Of a DNA stretch of 64,000 nucleotides, positions 47,357 through 56,770 are shown piece after piece. Position 1 is the stretch's first letter; each line of letters starts with the position of its first letter. Origin of the DNA: a virus. Its lineage: Duplodnaviria; Caudoviricetes. The notes under the pieces were generated by a model, which saw nothing but the letters and a program-made list of their open reading frames with translations, had not been told where the DNA came from and searched no databases. The translations under genes and the position numbers were made by a program. The stretch lies in the IMG/VR virus record IMGVR_UViG_3300014204_000127, positions 32,001 through 96,000 of that record. The stretch is one strand, 5' to 3'.

Positions 47357-47686
47357 TTATTTAGAAATATTTGTACTTTCTATAAGCACATTTGTTGTCT
47401 GAGGCTTAGTACCACGAATATAGTCCAAAATTGGTCTATTTAGTTTTAAAGTGTATTCTGCCTGTGAATACAACATTTGGGACAATTGGTCTTTTGTATA
47501 TGCATCTAAAATGTTGTTTTCATTGGTCTTAAGTTTTTTAGCATATTCCATTCTATATTCAGAATCGGTCTGTATATTAACAACACAACTCTTAACCTCT
47601 TTTGGAACAAGCTCTTTACACCCAGATGTTACAAGAACAGAAAATAGTGTGCATAGAAATAGCATAATAATTAGTTTGTTTTTCAT
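47357..47686 (-). CDS. putative lipoprotein
   Basis: signal peptide with TSGC lipobox. Confidence 0.65.
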   Translation of the reverse strand: MKNKLIIMLFLCTLFSVLVTSGCKELVPKEVKSCVVNIQTDSEYRMEYAKKLKTNENNILDAYTKDQLSQMLYSQAEYTLKLNRPILDYIRGTKPQTTNVLIESTNISK

Positions 47687-47983
47687 AATTTATCCTTATT
47701 TTAATAATTTATTTAGATCTTTGGGCTTTACACACCCCATCTATTCTATATTTTAATTCTATCCCCAACCATTTAGCATATGCCTTTTTCTTATCAGAAA
47801 GCTCACCGGTTAAGGGGGTAACAATACAGTTAGGACACATACTGCCCTGTTCACATGGTATGGCTAGGTATGCTTGTATACACCCACAACTGGGGTCTCT
47901 AATCATGGCCCTTGCTATTTTATCTTTATTTTTAGCAACATCTTCGGGTATAATAATTAGTTTGTTTTTCATAATTTATCCTT
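47664..47983. repeat. 34-bp exact direct repeat (47664-47697 / 47950-47983) covering RBS plus MKNKLII
   Basis: ataataattagtttgtttttcataatttatcctt twice. Confidence 0.9.
47709..47972 (-). CDS. Cys-rich hypothetical protein
   Basis: same first 7 codons as the downstream lipoprotein. Confidence 0.65.
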   Translation of the reverse strand: MKNKLIIIPEDVAKNKDKIARAMIRDPSCGCIQAYLAIPCEQGSMCPNCIVTPLTGELSDKKKAYAKWLGIELKYRIDGVCKAQRSK

Positions 47984-47993
47984 GTTTTTTCCT

Positions 47994-48542
47994 TTATTCT
48001 ATAAGACCACGTTCTGTTAATGTTAGTTCAAGTTCTTTTTCTGCAATAACTTCACGAAGTCCCTTTTTGAACCCTGTTGCAGCATTTGTCAGAGCATTGC
48101 CAACAATACCAGTCCATATTGTCTGTTGTTCCTGATACTCTGGATAACTCCTTAGATACGCTTCAGCAGAACCAATAACACCCAGTATAAGCGTTTTAGT
48201 TACAGAACGCAGGTCAGCATCAGTAAGGCGTTCATCAAGATACTTGTCAATAATAGACACACCATTAGTAGGTGTAGTAAGTGCATTTACAATATTAGAA
48301 CCACTACCAATCTGTTCAAGAACTGTGCTAAAATCACCCACAACTGTTGCAATTTGTGTAGCTGCAATAACTTGGGCATCAGTCCACTTGTTGCTAGCTG
48401 TGGATGCTATGCCATATCCAGCAGTCCACGATACCGAACCCACCATTGTTGATACTTCATTTGAAGTCATTTCTACATTCTTGCAACCCATTCCTAGACA
48501 TGCAATCATTGCCATTACCATAGTTAAAACCATCTTTTTCAT
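47994..48542 (-). CDS. putative lipoprotein
   Basis: MKKMVL..LGMGC lipobox. Confidence 0.7.
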   Translation of the reverse strand: MKKMVLTMVMAMIACLGMGCKNVEMTSNEVSTMVGSVSWTAGYGIASTASNKWTDAQVIAATQIATVVGDFSTVLEQIGSGSNIVNALTTPTNGVSIIDKYLDERLTDADLRSVTKTLILGVIGSAEAYLRSYPEYQEQQTIWTGIVGNALTNAATGFKKGLREVIAEKELELTLTERGLIE

Positions 48543-48577
48543 TTTATTTTCCTTCTTTCTCTAAAATTTAGTAACAA

Positions 48578-48748
48578 TTAATCTTCGGACTTCAAAAGCA
48601 TTTCCGCCGGGTTTGGTTCATAAGCCACTTTAAGAACTTTAGTATCATCATCGTACTCAAAGCCCTTAACAACACTACCTACTAATTTTATTAAATCAAA
48701 CACAGCATCTCTACTTTCTATCCGTAAAGCCACATCATTACATTTCAT
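48578..48748 (-). CDS. small hypothetical protein
   Basis: start placed at the ATG within the repeated leader. Confidence 0.6.
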   Translation of the reverse strand: MKCNDVALRIESRDAVFDLIKLVGSVVKGFEYDDDTKVLKVAYEPNPAEMLLKSED

Positions 48749-48770
48749 TTTATTTTCCTTCTTTCTGTTT

Positions 48771-49058
48771 TTATTCAACTTTGATGTTTATTTCAAAAAC
48801 ATGTCCCAATGATTTATGACAAACCTCTGAATAGGCTTCAGTATCAAACCTGTAGACCACATCATCTATTTCAACATCAGAACAGTCTTTCAAAGTATTC
48901 TCAAGTTTTTTAACAAACATATCTGTTTTATAATCAATATGGTTAAAAAACTCATCACAACATCGTACTATTATTTTACTGCTGTCAGGTTTATTCTTTA
49001 ACTGAACACTAAAATCATCTATTATCAACTGTATCAATATTTCTACATCTTTTTCCAT
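48771..49058 (-). CDS. hypothetical protein, paralog of 56246..56770
   Basis: VRCCDEFF, KSLGHVF. Confidence 0.7.
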   Translation of the reverse strand: MEKDVEILIQLIIDDFSVQLKNKPDSSKIIVRCCDEFFNHIDYKTDMFVKKLENTLKDCSDVEIDDVVYRFDTEAYSEVCHKSLGHVFEINIKVE

Positions 49059-49090
49059 TTTATTTTCCTTCTTTCTTTAAACTATTTTTT

Positions 49091-49363
49091 CTATTTCTTG
49101 GCCTTACCAAAACCACTTAAAACACCACCAACTATTCCCCCACACAAAAGCGATGCAGCCCATTGATATGTAAACAACCCATAGGGAATCTGTCCAGCAT
49201 TGGGAATATATCCCAAAATAAGTGTATTTATTCCCCAAATCAAAAGAAGGGGGCCAAATAACACACATGCTACTATAAAAATCAATGCCACAAAAATAAC
49301 TGCCACCGATTGTCCAACACTCATGTTCTTTTCTCCTTGTTTATATTTACGTTTATTTTTCAC
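49091..49363 (-). CDS. small membrane protein
   Basis: GPLLLIWGINTL TM motif. Confidence 0.6.
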   Translation of the reverse strand: MKNKRKYKQGEKNMSVGQSVAVIFVALIFIVACVLFGPLLLIWGINTLILGYIPNAGQIPYGLFTYQWAASLLCGGIVGGVLSGFGKAKK

Positions 49364-49373
49364 TATCTATTAT

Positions 49374-49401
49374 ATTATACACCATTTTTATCGCATTGCA
49401 A
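49374..49401 (-). promoter_or_regulatory. sigma70-like promoter
   Basis: TTGCAA-16-TATAAT. Confidence 0.68.
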
Positions 49402-49429
49402 GCATAAAATAAAAAAAACTACAATAATT

Positions 49430-50413
49430 CTATTTATTTTTAAATTTAACATCCTCAGCATATTTATCCGACTCCATTTCTCTAACAGCCTTGCCAATGA
49501 TGTCCAAAAACGGCTGAAGATTCCCATCATCATATTCGTAAAGATATAATAAATACTTTCCTCTAGACCTATATATGTTAAAATCAGCGATAATTCTTGA
49601 AAACAGGTACTTGTTTTTAAGCACAAGTACTGGCCCACTACCACAAAACAAGTCTGGATAAGCACTTACAATCCTATTTCTTATTCCATCTATTCTATTT
49701 CTCATTCCCTGTATATCATAGTCCTTTATGGTATTATAAAACTCAAAAAGACCATAAAGATTAGCAGTCTGTGCATGATTTTTAAAATATTCCTTTGTCT
49801 GGTATCTAATTAACGAATCTAAATCAAGAACGCTATAGGGCTTATATGTATGATGAATCTGCTTAAATATGTTCTTTTTGTAGACGATAAAAGAAACAGG
49901 GGACTGGCATTTAAAAAGTGTGCCAGTTGTTCCCACCCATGCGGTAACATTTTCCGGTACATCTACATAAGGAAAACTATCACAACAATCCAAATAAATA
50001 TTTTTATACCTAACAACATTGCTCTTATTCTTATCTACATAAACCTCTCGTTTCATCATGTCAGGGTCTCTGACATACCCAGAAAAGGGGTTGTACATGG
50101 AACCATAGATAATATAATGAGAACCAGCCCATCGTTCTTCCTGCAATAACTTGTTTTTAATGTGCATAACCCTGTCTGGAGCAGGTTCATATCTAGTAAA
50201 AGAGCATGTTCGTATTTTGTTTTTGAGAGAGTTTATCAGTATTTCACATGCTGTAATATCATCGGCAAATACCCAAACCATGTCATATTCGGTTGAATCC
50301 ACACCAAAAGCGTTAAAAAACCTGGTCTTTAGTGCTTGTAAAAAATCTATATACTCATCATCATACTGACTTAGATACCTGTTATTAAAATATATTGTAT
50401 TTCTTTTAAGCAT
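49430..50413 (-). CDS. divergent PLP-fold (class V aminotransferase-like) protein
   Basis: IYLDCCDSFP ...WVGTTGTL..PVSFIV resembles VDAxSS/SxK..GL, but no canonical Lys. Confidence 0.45.
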   Translation of the reverse strand: MLKRNTIYFNNRYLSQYDDEYIDFLQALKTRFFNAFGVDSTEYDMVWVFADDITACEILINSLKNKIRTCSFTRYEPAPDRVMHIKNKLLQEERWAGSHYIIYGSMYNPFSGYVRDPDMMKREVYVDKNKSNVVRYKNIYLDCCDSFPYVDVPENVTAWVGTTGTLFKCQSPVSFIVYKKNIFKQIHHTYKPYSVLDLDSLIRYQTKEYFKNHAQTANLYGLFEFYNTIKDYDIQGMRNRIDGIRNRIVSAYPDLFCGSGPVLVLKNKYLFSRIIADFNIYRSRGKYLLYLYEYDDGNLQPFLDIIGKAVREMESDKYAEDVKFKNK

Positions 50414-50421
50414 TTATATCT

Positions 50422-50664
50422 TTATTTAGAATATTTAGGCACTTTATACCACGCCACAACAGGGGAAACACCATTAAAATCAATTTTGTCTCTCACATCA
50501 TACCACCCCAATCCCTCTATATAATATGCCTGCCCCTCTTTTAATATCCCATTATCATCATAAACAATATTGTGGTAGAGACAAGTGGGGATATTTTCTT
50601 CTGGTGCTGTATTTTCACAAGACATCCATCCAAACCTACTATCCTCATGTTTAATTATTTCCAT
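50422..50664 (-). CDS. hypothetical protein (DUF551-like)
   Basis: WMSCE...P..VVAW. Confidence 0.5.
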   Translation of the reverse strand: MEIIKHEDSRFGWMSCENTAPEENIPTCLYHNIVYDDNGILKEGQAYYIEGLGWYDVRDKIDFNGVSPVVAWYKVPKYSK

Positions 50665-51446
50665 TCTATTCCCAGTTCTTTCATTCGCTTGTTAAAAATA
50701 TAATCATCAACCTTTAACATTAAATTTCTTTTTTCATCCACTATTTCTTTGCTTTCCTCTGTTACAAGATACTTTGTGGAAACAGCTTGTGTATCTATTT
50801 TAAGAACATTCTGTCCATTTGACAACCGTAGAGTAAAATCTGTTTCATCTCTATATGATGCATCGGAATAGTTTACAAAAAAACCACCAATTTCTTGAGC
50901 CTTTTTAATATTATAGGCAAAACTAGAATATAAAAAAGAGGAGTCTAATATTACAGGTTCTTTCCATTTAAAAAATTGAACATGTTTTACATTATAATCG
51001 GGTACAAACAGTGCTTTATCATCAATATAGTAACAAAGACGCTGCTCAAAGTGTGGCGGGAACACCCCTCCTACGGCTGGATATCCCTCTAATGCTAAGG
51101 TAAATATCCTGTCAATACAGCCTTCTTGAGGCACACTACTATCATCCCATTTAAATGCTATGTCAATATTGTCATTGATAAACATATCTAATGCTGTTTG
51201 ACTGCCAGAAGGAACATTTTTACCATATTCTGATTTAACAATGTGTACAGGAACATCTGACTTTATTTTCCCCTCTAATACAGAGACTTCATTATTATCC
51301 ACAACCACAATATATTGTGGTTTATTAACAGAATTTTCAAAAGCACACACTATATCTTGTATATAAGGTATTCTTTCTATGCCCCTTGATGAAATACCCA
51401 CTGCATATGTCTTGTCTAAACTGGATGGTTTATCTTTTTTTTCCAT
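50655..51446 (-). CDS. GT2-family glycosyltransferase
   Basis: IVVVDN, KWDD, IGGF, DETDFTLR. Confidence 0.8.
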   Translation of the reverse strand: MEKKDKPSSLDKTYAVGISSRGIERIPYIQDIVCAFENSVNKPQYIVVVDNNEVSVLEGKIKSDVPVHIVKSEYGKNVPSGSQTALDMFINDNIDIAFKWDDSSVPQEGCIDRIFTLALEGYPAVGGVFPPHFEQRLCYYIDDKALFVPDYNVKHVQFFKWKEPVILDSSFLYSSFAYNIKKAQEIGGFFVNYSDASYRDETDFTLRLSNGQNVLKIDTQAVSTKYLVTEESKEIVDEKRNLMLKVDDYIFNKRMKELGIEWK

Positions 51447-51505
51447 TTTTTACCTTTTTGGTTTTATTATATTGAACTTTTTTTAAATTTATTAAAGTAT
51501 TATAT

Positions 51506-52411
51506 TCATTTCGTGCATCTATTTTGAAAATAGTCAACAATATGCTTAACCACGACATCAACATCTGGTTTCCATCCTTCCTTAATTATCTTACAGTATG
51601 CCCCAAACCAGTTAGTCTGGTTGTATACCTCTTCGTTCTGTTTATTGCCCCACACAATGTGGTCTGTTCCACATCTACTGGCAAGGTGCATTGTGCCAGA
51701 TGAACCCCCTACTGCAAGGTCTGAATTGCAGAGGATGTTAATACAGTCATTTATTGAAGTGGAGTTTACAAAGTTTTTAACACTCTTATCCGGCTTAAAT
51801 GTCTTATTCTTGACAAGTCCGATAGTTACAACATTATAATTCATATCACATAAAATTCTGGTAAGCTCATTCCAATATTCAAAATACCAATTTCTATGTT
51901 CAGCCAATTCCCTGTCTCTAAGACATAATGTTATTGTAGGGACATCTGTTTTATTAAATTTCATGCCTTTGTCTGTGAATATAAGTCTATCTGCACACCC
52001 CTCTGTTAGCATCCTATTATTAAAAATCTTTAAACTATTATACCAAAAGGTGTTAAAAGAAAGTCCCTCTTTTTTGAGTATTTCAAAACAAGATGCTCCA
52101 AGTTCATTAAGCTCCTTTTGTAGGCCACCGTCAAACTTATCCCAAAGAAGACACTGTGACTCATGTTTGGGAACATCTATTTCCCTATATTCAGCAAAAT
52201 TCCACAGAGCATCATATCCCTTTGAACCAAAAACTATACATCTTTTATAGTTGTTTTTATAAAAAATAGACCTAATAAGTGGCTGCCATGTAAAACAAAG
52301 CCACCCAAATTCACCCACATAGGGGCCTACCGCAAGAATATCACTTCTTTGTTGAATTTGATTATCCGGTTTATTTTGTTCTATTTCTATTTCTTTCTTG
52401 TTTTTTGCCAT
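51506..52411 (-). CDS. GT9 (heptosyltransferase-like) glycosyltransferase
   Basis: GEFGW, RNWYFEYW, VGGSSGTMHLASRCG. Confidence 0.8.
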   Translation of the reverse strand: MAKNKKEIEIEQNKPDNQIQQRSDILAVGPYVGEFGWLCFTWQPLIRSIFYKNNYKRCIVFGSKGYDALWNFAEYREIDVPKHESQCLLWDKFDGGLQKELNELGASCFEILKKEGLSFNTFWYNSLKIFNNRMLTEGCADRLIFTDKGMKFNKTDVPTITLCLRDRELAEHRNWYFEYWNELTRILCDMNYNVVTIGLVKNKTFKPDKSVKNFVNSTSINDCINILCNSDLAVGGSSGTMHLASRCGTDHIVWGNKQNEEVYNQTNWFGAYCKIIKEGWKPDVDVVVKHIVDYFQNRCTK

Positions 52412-52631
52412 ATTTATCCATTTATTCCTAAAACAGTAACCTCTATTATATCAAGTTCTTGTTCTATTTCAAGTTTATTTTTTATCTGTTTTTCTAGTTC
52501 TTTAACTGATTCTTCTGATATACACCAAGAATCTTCAAAAAAAAGAATCTCATTGCCAAAAGAGGGCATAATACTTCCGTCTATATAATATGCATAAGAA
52601 ATAAACCTAAATTTTCCCTTTATTACCATAA

Positions 52632-52892
52632 TTAACCATCCTTTTCCTGTGTTTTATATGATACCTTGCTTTTTATACGTCTAGGAAGGGCATTACACAA
52701 TTCTTTAGGCCATCCTAATTTTTCTTTAAAATAGTTTCCAGCCATGGCCGCATCCTCACACTGTTTTATTGTTTTACCATAAGTAGTTATGTGTTGGTGA
52801 TTTGTGTCTGGTTCATATGCAAATATAACCACTTCTGGCCAGTCATACTTATCAGCAATTTCTTTTGCTACTCTTATAGGTATGTTTTTCAT
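52632..52892 (-). CDS. conserved phage hypothetical protein
   Basis: IPI..AK.IA, HITTYG. Confidence 0.65.
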   Translation of the reverse strand: MKNIPIRVAKEIADKYDWPEVVIFAYEPDTNHQHITTYGKTIKQCEDAAMAGNYFKEKLGWPKELCNALPRRIKSKVSYKTQEKDG

Positions 52893-53356
52893 TTTTGTTC
52901 TCCTTGATTGTTATTTTCATCCCTGATAATAAGTGGAAATCCCACCTTGTCTTTTAATAATGGGATTATCCATTTAAGATTATATATACAATTTTTTGGT
53001 AAGTCATCAACATCAGCAAGCAACACTGTTTCATCAGTCATGTGTTTATAATTATAGACATCTGTTTTTTCATTTAGATTGCCTCTAAAAACATAAACAA
53101 CCCATTTTTCTTTAGATGAGTATAGTGTGATACAGTGTTCCCAATCAGTACTAAAAATGCCTGTTTCTTCTTTAAACTCTCTTATCATAGCTTCTAAAAT
53201 ATGTTCATTGGCTTCAAGTTTTCCCCCTATTCCATTAATTTTTCCTTTTTGCCATAGGGGTCTATTTTTGTTAATCAACAATAATCTATCCCCATAACAA
53301 TTAAACATAAACCCTAAAACATATTCTTTATAATCATCCATCCTTATTTTCCTCAA
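52889..53356 (-). CDS. Nudix hydrolase (MutT-like)
   Basis: Nudix box GGKLEANE...AMIREFKEETG. Confidence 0.92.
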   Translation of the reverse strand: MRKIRMDDYKEYVLGFMFNCYGDRLLLINKNRPLWQKGKINGIGGKLEANEHILEAMIREFKEETGIFSTDWEHCITLYSSKEKWVVYVFRGNLNEKTDVYNYKHMTDETVLLADVDDLPKNCIYNLKWIIPLLKDKVGFPLIIRDENNNQGEQK

Positions 53357-54110
53357 AAGATGCGTCTATCACTTCTTGTGTATCAGTTTCAGTTGCTATT
53401 TTAGGCACATTCATAGAGGGAACATTGCTAATAATATTAATGGTTCCTATGTTATTATTTATACCCCCCTTCTCATTTTCCTTGTCTATCTTTGACATCT
53501 TATGTAAAATGTCTGCAACAACAGTGGCAGATGGTAACTTTATTTTGATAACTGGATTGCCGTATTTATCCAAACTAGAGGATACTGATTCTATAACAGA
53601 AGTATCAATACCTTCCGCTCGAAGTTCTTTAAGTGTCTTTTTACCGCTTAGATAGTCTTCAAAATCAGCTATATCCACATCCTGAAGGGATTTTAGCTTA
53701 GTTATAGCCTCATTCTTGATATACTTAATATCAGCTATATTGGTATTAATAATAGACGATTCTACTCTTCCTCTTATTATAGAATTTACTTTGCCTATGC
53801 CGATGTTTAATTTCTTTGCAATCTTGGCCTTGTTAAACCCATTCGTAAGAAACTCATATACCACACGAATATTAAGAACATTATCTAGTTTATCTATTCC
53901 CTCTATGGGATATCGTTTTTCAATGACCTTTAAAAGAACTTCCCGCTTTTTACTCTTAGTCAAAGCAAGTTTAGTCTTATTAGGAAGAATAATGCCAAAC
54001 TCTGATGCTTCTTTATATTTTTCAGCCAAATTATCTCTATCCGGCTTATTATCTGGGTCAAAGGCATCTGGATTTATAGGGGCTATATCTGGTATGGGTG
54101 TTTCATCCAT
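53334..54110 (-). CDS. terminase small subunit-like protein
   Basis: HTH-like FNKAKIAKKLNIG; DIADF..KIKLP..DILHK region resembles TerS oligomerisation segment. Confidence 0.55.
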   Translation of the reverse strand: MDETPIPDIAPINPDAFDPDNKPDRDNLAEKYKEASEFGIILPNKTKLALTKSKKREVLLKVIEKRYPIEGIDKLDNVLNIRVVYEFLTNGFNKAKIAKKLNIGIGKVNSIIRGRVESSIINTNIADIKYIKNEAITKLKSLQDVDIADFEDYLSGKKTLKELRAEGIDTSVIESVSSSLDKYGNPVIKIKLPSATVVADILHKMSKIDKENEKGGINNNIGTINIISNVPSMNVPKIATETDTQEVIDASFEENKDG

Positions 54111-54111
54111 A

Positions 54112-54510
54112 TTACTTTATTCCCAAAAATTCAAAGTCTAATTTTCTACACTTTTTATGTGATTTTTTAACATCTTTCTCATCATGTGTATTAGACTGCA
54201 CTATAGCACTTCTTACTACATAAGATTCCCTTTTTTTATCTTTAAGGTAGTTGATAAGAATATGATAACATACTGTGGCACTATCAAAAAATTCTATGCC
54301 CTCTTTAGGATACTCATCTAACATCTTGTTAATCTTGGCACTGTTTTTATAAATATATTTGACAAAAGAAGTTATAGGAATATTAGCTTTTTCACCAAAC
54401 TCTTTAATAAGTTCAGTAGATAGGGACAAGAGGAACATTTTACTGTATTCACCTGTCTTATTGAGTTCGTCGTAGTACCGCTGATAATCTCGTTTTATTC
54501 TTTTTGTCAC
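54112..54510 (-). CDS. hypothetical protein
   Basis: GTG-start ORF with AGGA RBS. Confidence 0.6.
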   Translation of the reverse strand: MTKRIKRDYQRYYDELNKTGEYSKMFLLSLSTELIKEFGEKANIPITSFVKYIYKNSAKINKMLDEYPKEGIEFFDSATVCYHILINYLKDKKRESYVVRSAIVQSNTHDEKDVKKSHKKCRKLDFEFLGIK

Positions 54511-54518
54511 GTCTTTTC

Positions 54519-54891
54519 CTATATTTTTATTGTAATTACTGCACCAGGCATACTTGTGGCAGGGTAATTAGTTATATTATCCACACTAACAGTTGTATAT
54601 AATAAATAATTTTTTGAAAGTCTCCTCATAATCTCTAATATAATCTCATATCTTTTATCTTTAGCATGTTCTAAAATAAAAGAAGGATTACATTGTTCAA
54701 GATGTGTATGGTCTGAATCATCATCCGACTCCCCCCCATTTTATAAAAATAACTGAACTTTCTGGTGTATCCTTGTATACATCTAAATAACAGTCATGTT
54801 TTTTATAAGAACCCAAATAAATAAAATCTTTTCCATATGTAAGAGGTTCATATAGCTTGTTTATATTTTTAAATAATGGTATTGTTTTCAT
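54519..54891 (-). pseudogene. tandem paralog of 54900..55271, frameshifted at a G7 tract (54731-54737); not in ORF track
   Basis: MKTIPLFK..; removing one G gives 123 aa, same length as the paralog and aligning to its C-terminus (LLYTTV, NYP, TIKI). Confidence 0.85.
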
Positions 54892-54899
54892 TTTGTTTC

Positions 54900-55271
54900 C
54901 TATATTTCTATTGTTGCTACCAAACCGTCTCTTGTTACATTTGGATAGTTTCTCACATTGTTCAAATCAACCGTTGTGTACACAAGCATCTCGTTAGACA
55001 TGAGTTCTATAATCTTTTTAACAATAATATAAAACTTGTAATCATTTTTATGCATTAAAAAAGAGGGGCTACATTCTTCCATGTGTTGATGGTAGACATC
55101 TTCGTCTTTCTTGCCATGTCTTATGAATACAATAGAGCTTTGGGGGGCATCATCATATACCATAATATAACAGTCGCACCTCTTATATGTACCTAAATAT
55201 ACACATTCATCCCCATAGGAAAGTTCTGGATATATCTTTGTTGTTTTCTTAAATAATGGTATCGTTTTCAT
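54900..55271 (-). CDS. hypothetical protein
   Basis: 123 aa; has an adjacent paralog. Confidence 0.75.
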   Translation of the reverse strand: MKTIPLFKKTTKIYPELSYGDECVYLGTYKRCDCYIMVYDDAPQSSIVFIRHGKKDEDVYHQHMEECSPSFLMHKNDYKFYIIVKKIIELMSNEMLVYTTVDLNNVRNYPNVTRDGLVATIEI

Positions 55272-55957
55272 TTTAAATCCTTTAACTCTGCTAAATTGCC
55301 TTTTGTGTCAATTTCTTTAACTTCACTGTGTATTTTATCGGGCATTGTAACAAGATATGCCTTATCACAATACTTTATAATCTCTTTGGAATGGGTTACA
55401 AGAATTATCTGAATGCCCATTTCTTTAGATAAAGACTGTAAAAGACTTCCAAATGCCTGTTGCAATCCAGAAGACAACTGCTTAGTGGGCTCATCCAATA
55501 TCATTATGGGACTTGTTCTATTAGATGATAGGACATAAAATGCCAATCTTAGTGACATGGATACAATATCCTCAAACCCGCCACCAGTCGAATCCTCAAG
55601 GGGCATTTTTATACCGTTTTTGATATAATTAAAAACAGCTTCAGTCTGGTTTCGTTTTACCACAAAATCTATTTCAAAACCATATTCTTCACCATATACA
55701 GACGTTAGGGCAGTTGATACAATAGATTCTATGCACTGTTTCACCTCTGTCTGTGTATACATAAGAACATGATTAACAATGTCAAGGGCTTCTTTTGCTA
55801 CCAAAACTGAGCTTTCAGTCGTTTGTCTCCTTTGACTCAAACTGTTTAAACTATTCTGGGCAGCTTGTAAAGAAGCCTTTTTTGTATAAAGAAAATCCAG
55901 ATATCTGGATTCCTCTTGTTTATTCTGTTTAATCAGATTATTCTGCAAGATAGGCAT
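55268..55957 (-). CDS. SbcC/Rad50 C-terminal half (ABC ATPase)
   Basis: coiled coil, STGGG signature, MILDEP Walker B, LVTHS. Confidence 0.88.
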   Translation of the reverse strand: MPILQNNLIKQNKQEESRYLDFLYTKKASLQAAQNSLNSLSQRRQTTESSVLVAKEALDIVNHVLMYTQTEVKQCIESIVSTALTSVYGEEYGFEIDFVVKRNQTEAVFNYIKNGIKMPLEDSTGGGFEDIVSMSLRLAFYVLSSNRTSPIMILDEPTKQLSSGLQQAFGSLLQSLSKEMGIQIILVTHSKEIIKYCDKAYLVTMPDKIHSEVKEIDTKGNLAELKDLK

Positions 55958-56174
55958 TGAGCTTTTTAATATCCTGTTCTATTTCTGCTGATAAAGCTAT
56001 ATTATCTTGCTCTATTTTAGCAATATTCTGTTGTGCATCAGATGTTGTTGCAAATCCCATTTCTTTAAGTTGTTCAGCATACTGCTGCTTTTTGGTAGTT
56101 GCTTCAATAATTTGACGTTCAACACGCTCGTTCTTTTCTTTAGCTTTTTGTAATATTTGTAGTGCGTCTTCCAT
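55938..56174 (-). CDS. small coiled-coil protein (possible Rad50 segment)
   Basis: heptad-rich, overlaps the SbcC-C start. Confidence 0.55.
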   Translation of the reverse strand: MEDALQILQKAKEKNERVERQIIEATTKKQQYAEQLKEMGFATTSDAQQNIAKIEQDNIALSAEIEQDIKKLNAYLAE

Positions 56175-56245
56175 ATTTTCTTCCTATTCTATTATAGTCT
56201 TTTATTGACTAATTTGTTTACTTATTTTTTAAAAATTATAAAATA

Positions 56246-56770
56246 TCAAAATGAATTATAATCAATGTGACTGGGGCCATTACAAGAAGTAACGTGAATA
56301 AAACCTCCATCAGAGGGGCAAAAACTGACCGCCACATCCTCATCAGATTCCTCTATTATCCGATGCATCTCCTCCATTAGTTTTAGCTTGTCGCTACCAT
56401 AGGGGGATACGCATTCTTTTTTATTTTCATGTTGTTCTTGATTTGCAATATAAAAATCAAAGACGTGTCCCAATGATTTGGAATCTTCTTCATTATAAAA
56501 CTCTGTCTCGAATCTATAGCAAATACGACTTACACCAACAGTTGTTGAATTTTTTAAAGTTTTTTCAAGTTTTTTAATAAACTCTTGTGTTTTATAATTA
56601 ACATGTCTAAAAAATTCATCGCAACATCTCACTGTTATTAAAGTACTATTTGGTTTTTGTTTTAATTCCTTCATAAAATCAATAACTATGAGGGATATCA
56701 AACATTTTACATCTTTTTCAATCTTTTCAATTTCTTCCGTTGAGGGGTTCATTTTACTAATTCCTTTCAA
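56246..56770 (-). CDS. hypothetical protein, paralog of 48771..49058
   Basis: VRCCDEFF, KSLGHVF. Confidence 0.7.
   Translation of the reverse strand: MKGISKMNPSTEEIEKIEKDVKCLISLIVIDFMKELKQKPNSTLITVRCCDEFFRHVNYKTQEFIKKLEKTLKNSTTVGVSRICYRFETEFYNEEDSKSLGHVFDFYIANQEQHENKKECVSPYGSDKLKLMEEMHRIIEESDEDVAVSFCPSDGGFIHVTSCNGPSHIDYNSF

Larger units (their letters stand above)
48540..49076. repeat. 21-bp exact leader repeat x3 (48540, 48746, 49056)
   Basis: cattttattttccttctttct = AGAAAGAAGGAAAATAAAATG on the minus strand. Confidence 0.85.
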
